Positions 39,501-51,108 of a DNA stretch of 64,000 bases are shown here, in pieces (the stretch's first letter is position 1; every line of letters starts with the position of its first letter). The position numbers and the translations under genes were made by a program. The notes beneath the pieces are model-generated. The model worked only from the letters and a program-made list of their open reading frames with translations, was not told the origin of the DNA and searched no databases. Origin of the DNA: Tubiluchus corallicola (lineage: Eukaryota > Animalia > Priapulida); contig JAQGDQ010000047.1 in assembly GCA_030141605.1 (NCBI GenBank), positions 1 through 64,000 of the forward strand. Reading direction: 5' to 3'.

Positions 39501-42500
39501 AGACACATTGACGACTTTTTATATTTAGTATCTTCATACTTTGATTGCCAAGCTATAATATAAAATTAAAAATAGCATCTTTTATCTTCTATCTAGGGCG
39601 TTTGGGGAATGAGAGTCATTTAGTGATTCCCTAGAGACTACATAATCCAAAGGCATCCCAGAAGACATCGCAAATTATGTTTAGGCTTTTTATATAATTA
39701 AATAATAGTACCTTGCTCAATCGACCTGAAAGGTCCTGAATGAAGGTTTAACAATAAATGAAAGTTACAAGCAGTAAATTAAACAGTGAAGAGAAATAAA
39801 GATAGTAAAAATATTGAGAAAAAGCATACTTTCCGAGATAGATTTCAGATCCAAAAGCGTTACAGTCATCTTTTCCTTTTGCTGGCTCTTTAGGTTCTTC
39901 CATTTGTTTCTTCATTTTCTGCTTGGCTGCGTGAAGCTCTTGATATACGTGAAATAATTTGGCATATTCCGGCTTCTTCTGTGCATATGCATAAAACTGA
40001 TCTGTGAAAATTGTTTATGGAAATCAATTAATGTCTTCAATGATCAGAAAAATGTAAATAAAAAAATACAGGACTGAAAGCTCACACAAGATTAATAAAA
40101 TTATTGTTTTGTACACATTAAAAAAACAAATATATACATTATAATGAATAGCAGAACAAACGATATTACAAGGAACACGCTGGATATTAAATGCCTATCA
40201 TGTGTCCTGCCTGAAATTCTTGAATATTTATTGTTACCCTATTTTGGTTTCACTTGAAGATCTGCACCTTAACTGGATGATAATAAATTAGTAAGAATTC
40301 GAACATCTCATGTAGCTCACACACTAGGAGATTAATAAATTATAGAATGTAACTCGTACTGCTATTCGTTATTTGCTATAGATTTCAACCCAGGAAATGT
40401 AGAAGCATTATATAAAAAACTGAGTATTCTATATTTAAGGAGGTAAACAAATTATACCATAAGTTATATAACCGAAGTTTTCTGTATCAACTTGACTGAA
40501 AAGTTTCTGCACTTGGTCATCTCCCATGTTAAAAGCTGTCAAGAGAATGTTTTTAAGTTTGCTCAGTGTTATGTGACCAGAACCCTCTGGGTCAAAAACC
40601 TATAAGAAAATTAAAGAGATAAATATCTCTCTTTTTTTATTATTATTATTATTATTATTATCACATTCAGTACAATATAAAGCACACAGTGACATCCAAA
40701 TTATTACATTTACAGTATTAAATTGTTATGTTTCATACACGATCGTTATCATAAAAGATTGTATTGTAGTGGGCTAGAGAAGCAAAGGCTTGTATAAGCC
40801 CACTGTCATGTGAACCTGATAAAAAAAATGGATGAGTGAACAAAAAAAGAACTGGGAGAAAGGTTAGATCACACAGGAAGGGTAGAAGGATGTGTTAGTG
40901 GAAATGGTAGAAAGAAAGATAATAGATTGCAGTATCTTTCAGTATCTTTATATCTTCTCATGCATTTACAACTCATACAGCTTCAAACATGTTGTAGATG
41001 AAAGGATTATCTTTTTTAATTGGTAAACAGATACTGTTGTACAAGTCACAAATTGGCAGGCAAATATGAAAGCTAGTATATATAAAACAGTTCACTAAAA
41101 TTGAAATCCACCATAACAGAAAAAACATGTAGAAAGTGCTGCCACATCTGGCAAAGAAGCACGTAGCACAGTGCAGCTGCTGCAATAACCGGATACCAAC
41201 AAAAGCAAAATTCTGCCGTGCTAGCTGGTGCTCGAGCTAGTGTTTACTAGTATTGCTTACAATGCGCTTCACTGAAAATCACAGAAAATTATCAAAAAGT
41301 TGAAATTGTCCATTATAACTTTGTATGTCCCTAGGTAATTACATAACTTTTTGCTGTTTTCGTGATACAATCATACAAGTGGCTTTCATTAATAATGTGC
41401 AGTTACATATTTTTCCAAGTAGGATGCGGCTCTAAAATTAACTTCTTCGGCAAACTCAGTTAAAGCGTTTCGATTTAACTAGGTATTAGGTTAAGTAGGA
41501 ATTGTTTGGCAGTGGTGAAACTTTATCACAACCAATGGAAATTGTTGAAAAGCCCCAGATTTAGAGAAGCACGTTATCAAGGTCTCAGGGTGTTATATGT
41601 GTACTACAACACTAGTTCGCACTTCCTCGACAGCACCATTTACTGCAGTGGCAAACTAAACTGCCACACCATATACCACGCCACAGCTGCACATACCAAG
41701 TTGGTATGTAGGTCCGCAGTACTTGATATGGTTGCACTCTGCAAGACTACACAAAGAAACGTCGAGCAAACACAACCGTCCCATGACGTGTCATACAGAG
41801 GGTTTCCAAACACACACATCTCTTTCAAATGATTTTCTAATACAAGAAATTACTAAATGCTTAATTTAATGCTTAATGCACACATTACACAAATTATTAT
41901 CTACTAATGAAATCAACCTCAAAACTAAAAATGGAGTGGTTTGTCCAAAAAATAAGAAGTTGCTTTGCACATAGAATGTCAAAACAACGAAAAAGTTGTA
42001 AATATGGCAGATCTTAAAGCTCTGAGTTTTGTGTCACATTGATACATATGAAAAGTTTTATTATAACCTTGCTCATTCACTTAAAAAGATAATTTTTAAT
42101 GATACCCTATTGATTGTTTATACCTTGAAGGCTGTTTGTATCGTTTCTTCTGTATTAGATGGCTGTGCAACAAGAGCTACACCGATTAGGTATTCTCTGA
42201 AATCTATTGTACCTGTCCCATTCTGAAATTACAAAATCAAACCTTTTACTACTGTTAAAGGTTTATACAAAACAGAATTTACAGATTAATTTCATAAAAT
42301 ACAGCTGTATCATAGAGCAACTGTATGAAAAAACTATATAGAACATTATAGAGTAAAAAGCGGTATGCAGAATGGTCTTAGAAGCCGCCTACAAGAACCA
42401 TTAAATAGTGTCTCAACATCTCGTGGAAACTGAATTTGATTTTGCAATTTTCCCAGTTCCTACGTTCATTAGGATTTACTTCACAACTCCTTCATTTAAA

Positions 42501-45500
42501 CAAGAAAACACATTTGCGATGCCAACAGACAATCATGGCATACCCTGTCATATAGCTCAAACAAGTCCTGCAATGCTTCTGAAACAGGTAATTCAAGATA
42601 TGCGGCAAATTTGTTGATGTCAATTCTGCCTTCACAGCTGTCTCTTACAATCTCTGAATAATGAGACAGAAGTTGCACTACTGTGTCTAAATTCATTCTG
42701 GAAAAAAGAAAATAAAGTAGTTATACAAACTTGTCTAGTTCTTTTCTTAGCATCATACCTAACAATTATGGTTCGGTGTCATCTTACCTAGCAATTAAAT
42801 AGAAAGTAAATACTTGCCTGTTGCAGAATAAGACTATTCACAGATGGTTTAAGTTTCAGTTACATTACTAAACAACAAATCGAGCAGATGTGCATACGTG
42901 TACAATTATCTTCTAACTAGAATAAACTAGTTTAAACATAGTTTATTTGGTTCAGATTAGACACTTTTAAAACTGATACATGAACTGGTATTAACTCAAC
43001 TTGAATGCATTAAGGAATTAGTACTGCTAACCATATACCCAAGTTTGGAATGAATTTTATTGTATTCTATCAATCCTATTTCGATTGGGAGATTCTTCTT
43101 CAAACATATGTCCATCAGTCGACAATCATCGTATGTGTGGTCTGTTATGGGAATTCCCAGACATCTGCAACACAAAGAGCAACTATAATAATCTACAGTA
43201 AAATCTGCTTAAAACAGAACTTGTTAACAGTCTTCATCTTACCCTATCAGATTCCAAGCGACAGGGCCGCTATGCATACAAGAATAATGACAGAACCTAT
43301 AATTCACTCACTCGTAGTTTCATTGCTATTTATTTAATCTGGTAGTGATACAAAAATGATTATGGCACTACGTAATTTCCTAAATGGTAAACACAAAACA
43401 TCCCTAATTAAACACAAACATACAACAAGAGCTACTATACTACACGTATAACACTTACTTGGCCATCACATCTCTGACATTATTTGCAAACAGCCTTGGA
43501 TTCTCTTTTTCTGCTGCACTAGGCTTATAAACAGGCAGAAACTGCAAAAGAAATACATTTGATTACATTAGTTGCAAAAGATTGAAGATAGTAATTTCAT
43601 GGTTTTGAACCAAGTTATTTGGTTTACTGAAAGAAAAGACAACCAAAATATTACAACTGAGCATTTACATAAAGGAAAGATATTTACACTTGCGTCATTA
43701 TAGTACAGTAAGTCATTACAGTAAGTGCATTATACTTACGCCAAATGCCAAGTCAGGTGTATTGTGATACTTATCGTATCATGAGGTCACTTATCGTGAT
43801 GGTCTATATCATTACAGCCGTAAACATTACACGAGCTCAGAATTTTGATATTTAGCAAACAAACAAACAAAATCAACGTCATGGAGTTTCTTACTTTCTC
43901 AATTTTTTTGTGCTAAACAAATTTCTGTTAGTTTGTTAATTAATATGTTAATGTGCTGAACAAATTACTGTGTATACTGAAACTTATTACAACTAGATAC
44001 TTGGCCATCAACACTAAAATATACTACATAATAATGTGACAATATGACAATACTGAAAAGTCCACTTTACCTCCACTTCAATTCTTGTATGAAACTGACA
44101 CAGGGTGTACCACAAGCAATGAAACCTAAAAGGAAAACATGATACTACGAACGTAATACAAAGATTAGCTGTTTTTATCAAAGTAATATGCCAGTTAAAT
44201 GCAGGGGCATAATGATCCAATTTAGGTTAACACTCAGCATTGAGGAATATGATAGAATTAAGTTAGATTAATTTGTGCAAGAGAACGTACCCATCTAAGC
44301 CTTCCCAAGTCCAAGTCACTGTATCTAATTTATTGGGATACCTAATTAAAACAGGTTGAACTGGAACTCCAGGATGGAAAGCACCTATTAACAAAAACGT
44401 ATATTGTACTTCATATGCAGGCACTGTTCCTTAATGCTCAAACTTGGCCACGTGCAGCAGGAATGCCATAATGTTGAATAATGTTGGCTACTATTCTTTT
44501 CTGTTGGTAAGTAACTTACTACAAAGATTCACCTCCTACTTCCGTGTATATATATATACAAGAAACAATTCACCTGATTTGAAAGTGATCAAGCATGATC
44601 GATTTGTGCATGTTCCTTCTGGAAAAATGGCGATCTGCGGCCAATTGTCTTTAGACACTGCTCTGCGCTTGATCTCCTTAATCGTGTTTGCCCGTGAGTT
44701 AGGGTCTTCCCGAGAAACCAACACGGGCTGGGTAAATTGCACAAGTGCTGTAATAATAAACAATGTGTCCTATTTCGTTAATATAAATTTATGTTAAGCT
44801 GCAATAAAGACATTTGATTCACAAATTGGCAATGGTGACATGCTAGAGATACTATGACTAAGAATCTGCAAAGCCAGTTGATCAAAATTTGCAACAAAAA
44901 TATATGAAACTCTAGAATTTGAATTGACTGCAGTTCCAGCAATACTAAACACCAATTTCGAAATACATTGCACAATTTTTATTATCTATATATCGAAATC
45001 CTATAATATTGTTTTAACACAAATTTTTTATTGTAATCATCATCATAAACGTCATCATTTACAATAAACTATTTTATAAATATTACTATGGGATTTCACA
45101 TAAGAACTGGTTGATTCTTGACAAAAAGAATTTTATAGTAATATAGTGCACAAGTTTTCTTTAAAGTTAAAAGTGTAAAAATATTACAAAATAAAGTTAT
45201 CCAAGCCAAAAATGATAGCAATAATAAAACATTTTTAACACTAACTGAAGACATAGTTAAAAACTCAATACTAGTGAATCTAGCAATAAGTCAAAATTTA
45301 TAATTAATAACAATGACAAATTTGATTCATTCATCCTAATAACATTTTTAAGAAAAACATGTGTCACAGGCAGTAACATAAACTTTAAAAATGAAATTAC
45401 AAAAAGCAATTTAAAATAAGTTTCAATTACTACGCATAACAAATAAACATGTTAAATGGTTAGTCAGGAATGCAAAATGTAGACAATGAGTAAAAGTGCA

Positions 45501-48500
45501 TGCAAAACAAAAACAAAAAACAAAAGAATGTGATAATGCAAAATTAATAACTTTTTAATTTTATCTTCATTATCTCCACCTGAAAACGAGTTCAACAGTG
45601 CTGAAAATCATAGTGAATTTTACTCATTACCAACACGATACATACAGAATTATCACAGAATGTCACAAATGCAGTAAAATCTGTACAGTTGCACAACGTC
45701 TTGCAGTAATTAACAATTTTAAAACGTAGAGAAATCTGCATGTGTCTTCAGTCAAACTCGACATACTTTATAAAATTATGCACTTAATATAAAAATATTA
45801 AGAAACTGTCTAACTGGAGTTTGATTAAATTCTTTACCATTGCAAAAAAACGCGTTTCTTGATTTGTCGAATACGAGAGCTCTACTAATTAGGCTTATCA
45901 TCTATATTAGGATTTTTCACTATTTGTTCTCAATAGGTCGGTTTTCGCAACCAAATACTCTTTTTTGGACAAATGGCTTCTTGGAACAATAGCACAATAC
46001 TCAAATGTTATCCAAATAGGTCACTAACACAGAAGCTAAACCCTAGCCTCTATCGTTAACCTCAACGATGGCAACTTTGTGGTAACTTATCAGTTTTTAG
46101 CTCTCTTTAATAAAAAAAGAGAAATAAGTTGCTAAAATATAAAAAGTGGGCATAAGTCACACTATTTTCAAACAAAAATTAAACCTACAATGTTAAATGG
46201 CCATTAAACAGTGCATGGTTGTGCCAATAGTAGCAGCTTTATGCAGCTAGAGCAGCAAATTTAGCCAAAGAATTCTGAGGCAAATTTGCTGGAATTGACT
46301 TTTTGAGAGGCCCAACTAAATACTCCTAAAGTCAAAATATTTTTCACATGGCAAGTATTTAGAAAAAATACACTTTAAACTGCTAAGTTTTATGTTGTGC
46401 AGCAGGAAAAAACAAACATGACATAGTGCATATTGTTAAAAGACGGAAATCATTTCAACAGTGACAAAATAATCATCAGAGTAGAACAAGACGATGAACA
46501 TTTTTTCAAGTAGACAAATTTTTCAGCAAACTGTCTATTAAGAGCTATGTACGTACTTCCCATTAAAGGCATGACTACATTCTCAGCACGTGACACAGAT
46601 GCAGGTAGCTGGCTAACGAAGCCAGCAACGGCATCAAAGAATGTGCTGTGTGGTCCAAAGACAAAGACAGGAGCTTCTGCTCTGTTGGCACGCTGACCAA
46701 TCACATGCACATAGTGGAAACCCATTGTAAAGAAACAGGCCCGCCCTAAGAATATCAATGGGTATCGCATAGCCCTAAGGTAAAAATGAAAGAAATCGAA
46801 TTTACAGTCATAAAAAGCAAATGGGCTGAAAGCAAAAATCAATATTAACATGTTTCCATGCCCAAACTAAATGATTCTCGTTCTGAAAGAACACAAGCAC
46901 CGGTTATAAATGAGACAAACAAATAGTATTCACTTTCACAATGCTATGCAGAGGCGATATACACCAGACCGTACGATGCCTCAGAAAACATTACTATGGT
47001 CGAATAATATAAACTGCAGGCATAAGGAGCTAGTATAGTCAGGAAAGTAAATTCCATCGCTTGGAAAGAAAATTTCACACTGGTCAAAATATCAATTAGG
47101 GGCTGCGATAAAAAATTTATAACTAAAAAAAATTGTTTAGTTAGTCAAAGATTACACAGTTTTTTGCATCTTTTACATTTTTTATATATTTTAATACAAA
47201 ATTATAAAACAAAAGCATTCAAAAAGAGTTGAAGTTTGAAAACAGTCATGTGCTATAAAAATAAGAAATGAAGAATTTTCTTGCTACAATAACAGAAATT
47301 TGAAGTTCTGCAGCTTTATGAAAAAATACATTTTTCTCTTTCAAACTTTTTTATACATACTTTGTGCATGGTGGGCAGCTTTTTTCAATTATAGCGTGAT
47401 TTTGTAGCATTTACACTTAATAAACCATCTTTACAAATAGCATGTGCACAGTGACAAGCATAAAGTGAATGAAATAATAAAGCAGCGTGATTAAGTTATA
47501 CAATTTTGAAGTTACAGCATTCAAGCAGCTTGTCTGCAAGCATAATAAAAGTGAACACTCGTCAGAAGTTACTTAGTAATTGTTAGTAGCAGGATAGTCT
47601 AATTCTAATGATGTAACATTCACCAGGAAAGCATGCAGTTGCATAATATCCTCTTCAGGCTTGTCACCTAGAAATACATACTTTTGAAAAACAGCACCTC
47701 GGTGGCCTCTATTTTAGCAACGACAGAACATAACCGAAGACAACAAATGGGAATGGCATCATAGTAACTAGTGTGAGGAGCAAGAACAATGATAGGCGCC
47801 TCCTTTGCAGATGCCGGCTGCCCCTTAATATGGTAACGATGAAATCCAGCACAGAAAAAAACTCCCCTTGACAGTGTAGTTATTAAGAAACGAGCAACAC
47901 TGGGGAAAAGAAAAGTGTTAGCAAGTACCATTTTTTATGCTGTTATTTACACAGACAGTGACGCACAAAAGGCAATATCATACACAGTACTGTGTGACAG
48001 TATTATTAAACAAAGGCCAACATATGTTTTCTAAAAGAAGCTTTTCAGTCTAACTCTTGAAAGAAGAAATTGCTTAAATTTGCTTAATGAGCAATTACTT
48101 CTAAGGAAACACAAAATACAAGAAAAACATTTTAAGCGTATTTTTGTTCAAAGCAGTATAGTATATTAATTAAATTGAAGCAATGATAACATCGAAGAAA
48201 ACAATTTATGGTTGATGTGTAACCTAGTCTAAGACAAGAATTCACTATAGTTCTCTACGGCTGTTTACTTTTATTAACCATAGAAGTTTGCAGATATTCA
48301 AGAATTTACAAAAAAGTTTTTGCTACACTGGTACTACAAATTCAATCATTAAATTTACAAAAAACTGAATTGTAAAAAATGATTTTAGTCCACGTTTTTA
48401 CCACGTTTTTTACTGGAATCTTCATTACGCATTAATTTTCAAAATTAATTGTAATTTACGTTTAAAATCTTAATAAAGAGCTATACTACAAACCTTCTCC

Positions 48501-49793
48501 AGCCTTTCATTGGTTTTAACTTGTCTTGTTCTGAACGACCCCATAGAGCAACAAAAGCTATCGGCCAGCATAAAAGTAATAGAAAACTGACAAGTAACAG
48601 GCGAACAGGAAATACAGTCACTGTCATCAATGCAATCTGTAGAAAAAATTATTTACAAATGAAAAAATGTATTTAACAATCGTTATTTTTCAGCCCTTAA
48701 AAAATAAAAATCACATTTCTTATCTTTTTATATTTTCTACTGCTCAAGTATAATGAAACATTAATGTGAGGGGTACAGTTGAGTGATCACGGTGTATGCT
48801 TAGTGACAAAAAAGAGGTATGTTCGCCTGAAAAATTGTTTCTTGGCAGTTTCATCTGACATACTTCCTATACTGGCTGTTTATCTCATTATTTACATATG
48901 TCATGTCATGACTAAGAACTCCTCTGCCGGTCACTACGGCCTCTCAAAGGATAATGAGATGGGTACTAGTCCTACCATAATTATCAATATGAGTAGTAGG
49001 GATGTCACGAATCTAAAATTACCAAACACGAATTTACACCGAATCTCATTTTATAATAATTTTCGAGACCAAATCAAATCCAAATTTCAGTTGAAATTTT
49101 CGAAACCGAACCGAATTTGAATCTCAATTTTTCAAATAGTTCCTTCAACTGAATCTTTTCTGCTGATGACTAACAATATAAAATGATCTGTTAATCAAAA
49201 ATTCCTTGGGGTGCTAGTTTCTTCAACTGAATCTTTTCTGCTGATGACTAACAATATAAAATGATCTGTTAATCAAAAAATTCCTTGGGGTGCTCTTACT
49301 TACACTCCATGAGTCCGTGTAACGTGCTCTGTCAAAGTAACATGAGAAATCTTGGCGTTTTTGTTGAAATTAGCAGTAAAATGGAAATGCGGTGCATACT
49401 TTCGAGTAGGATTTCATGAGTTGGACTGAAACGCTGAAACTAAATACGACATTGGCGCATTTCAATTAGAGCAAAATTATGAAAAAAGGCAGTGATTTCA
49501 TGATTTTGCCAAAAAATTTAAAGGTAAATAAGCATATAATGCTTTTGTAAAAAAACGCTCCAGAATCGCCTCTGCAGCTGAAGCTAAACCGGGTTTTTTA
49601 CGTCCCTGTCGAATTGGATTGGATCTAAGGTAATACAGAAATTCAGAGGCTTGAATCGAATCAAAGCTTCACAAATGTTTACCTTCAGTTTTTCCATAAA
49701 CGGCAACTCCAAATGATGAACAAACGGATTTTTAACTGTAGGCATCAGAAGGGAATTCTGCCGTGGCAAAACCATGTTTCTACGTTGAGCCAT
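36534..49793 (-). CDS. LPCAT2: Lysophosphatidylcholine acyltransferase (LPCAT1/2 type, EF-hands), 559 aa per isoform, with mutually exclusive exons 3a/3b
   Basis: Exons 49793-49683, 48636-48494, [47899-47682 or 46774-46557], 44747-44574, 44384-44291, 44125-44071, 43541-43459, 43164-43039, 42697-42544, 42222-42124, 40599-40458, 40001-39830, 38295-38210, 36556-36534. NPFVH, Hxxxx[19 protein letters not shown]-hands ([12 protein letters not shown]; DPEGSGHIT), C-terminal KIKVA (KxKxx ER retrieval). Last two exons less certain. Probably co-orthologous to LPCAT1/2/4. Confidence 0.93.
46557..46774 (-). CDS. LPCAT alternative exon 3b (218 nt, PHSTFFD)
   Basis: Acceptor ttcatttttaccttag, donor gtacgt; encodes (R)[72 protein letters not shown]. 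Confidence 0.92.
47682..47899 (-). CDS. LPCAT alternative exon 3a (218 nt, PHTSYYD)
   Basis: Acceptor gctaacacttttcttttccccag, donor gtatgt; encodes (S)[72 protein letters not shown]. Confidence 0.92.
49143..49294. repeat. Near-perfect 78-bp-period tandem duplication in LPCAT intron 1
   Basis: cttcaactgaatcttttctgctgatg...ccttggggtgct at 49143 and 49221. Confidence 0.93.
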
Positions 49794-50621
49794 TATCTGA
49801 CAACAACACTAACTTCAAATCCCATGTAATGGTCACGTCTTCCAGTGCAAATATCGTTGACTCAACTGACTTCAAATGCAGCTGGTCTGCTGTAACTTTC
49901 AGCTCTTCAGCATTACTGTACCTGTAACATAATGCCAAACACGTACAAGGAAGTACATTAAAAAACAACATTGACGTACAGGAAAGGAACTTAAATGATC
50001 CCAGCCTGTATCCCCAGTAATTATCTGTTGTGTAGTTTCCACACAACAGAACTAATAAAGGAAAATTTTAAATTTTCCTTCATTTCAATTATCCTTCAAA
50101 ATAATCAAACTGTTCTAAATAATATAATATGATATAAAAACAGCTCCAAATTAATGCATTATTCATTTAAAAAGTTAGTGTAATAAATAAAAAAGTCAAA
50201 GTAAAGACTTTTAGTTGCAAATTTTTGATTTGTGTTCAAATCACCATCAGTGATAAAAGTTTTGCATAAATGCCCAACGGTTTATGTATTCGTAAATTGA
50301 AAATTTGCAAATCATGTTTGATTCTTTTATTAATTATGCTGAAAATCACTTCAAAAACTGTGCTCATTCTGCTTCTTTGACAGAAGATTCCTTAAATTAC
50401 ATATTTCTTCATATTTATAAATAAAAGTATTTTCAAAATAATTAACAATACATGTGTGAATACGCCTGTGCTTGGCATCAAGTGTTTTAAATAAAATTTT
50501 AACCTTTTAACCTGTGACCTCGGTGTCAGGCATCAACCAATGCGTGTATGACTCACACCACTCAATTGTCTCTACAATTTACTGTGTTGCTCAACAGTTG
50601 AAGCCTTTATTTTTCTGTTAC

Positions 50622-51108
50622 CAGTGGTGGCTCATAATTAAAATTAGTGGGGGTAGTGCTTAGGAAGTTTTAGCCATTGTTTTAATACTGTGTAAAACAA
50701 AACAAACATATGTAATTTAATGTTGTAATCTTAATTGTAATTTTAAACAAACAAACAGGAAAATTTATGTATAAATTTGACAAATTCCTAAACCAAAAAA
50801 TTTTTTCTTATGAATAGCCTAAATTGCCACAGCAGTTCAAAAATATGCCGGTACACGGTTTTTAAGCACGTGACAATTGACAACAAACCGTGTGAGCAAC
50901 AGTAACTTCTCTACCGGCATGTGCACAACAGCTGAACACACCACAGTGCTAAGGCTGTGAAGCAAGCAGTACTAGCCTCACAAGCTCCCCTACAAGTGTA
51001 AAGAGAGAACTAAAGAAAAAAACTTATTACTGAGTGACAATATCGATAATATTGAGTGAAAATAGAGGGTGCTGCAGTTTCACAGTACCTATACATGAGC
51101 CACCACTG
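50622..51108. mobile_element. hAT-like MITE
   Basis: Perfect 14-bp TIRs cagtggtggctcat / atgagccaccactg; flanking 8-mers only partly match (tctgttac / tccctgac). Confidence 0.75.

Noticed and set aside
46557-47899. Exons 3a/3b as a second LPCAT gene or an assembly haplotype duplicate
   Set aside because: No other exon is duplicated, the two copies are far too diverged to be alleles, and their flanking introns are unrelated.
49143-49294. CTGATGA in a tandem repeat as a hammerhead ribozyme
   Set aside because: No correctly placed GAAA or stems I-III; it is a plain duplication.
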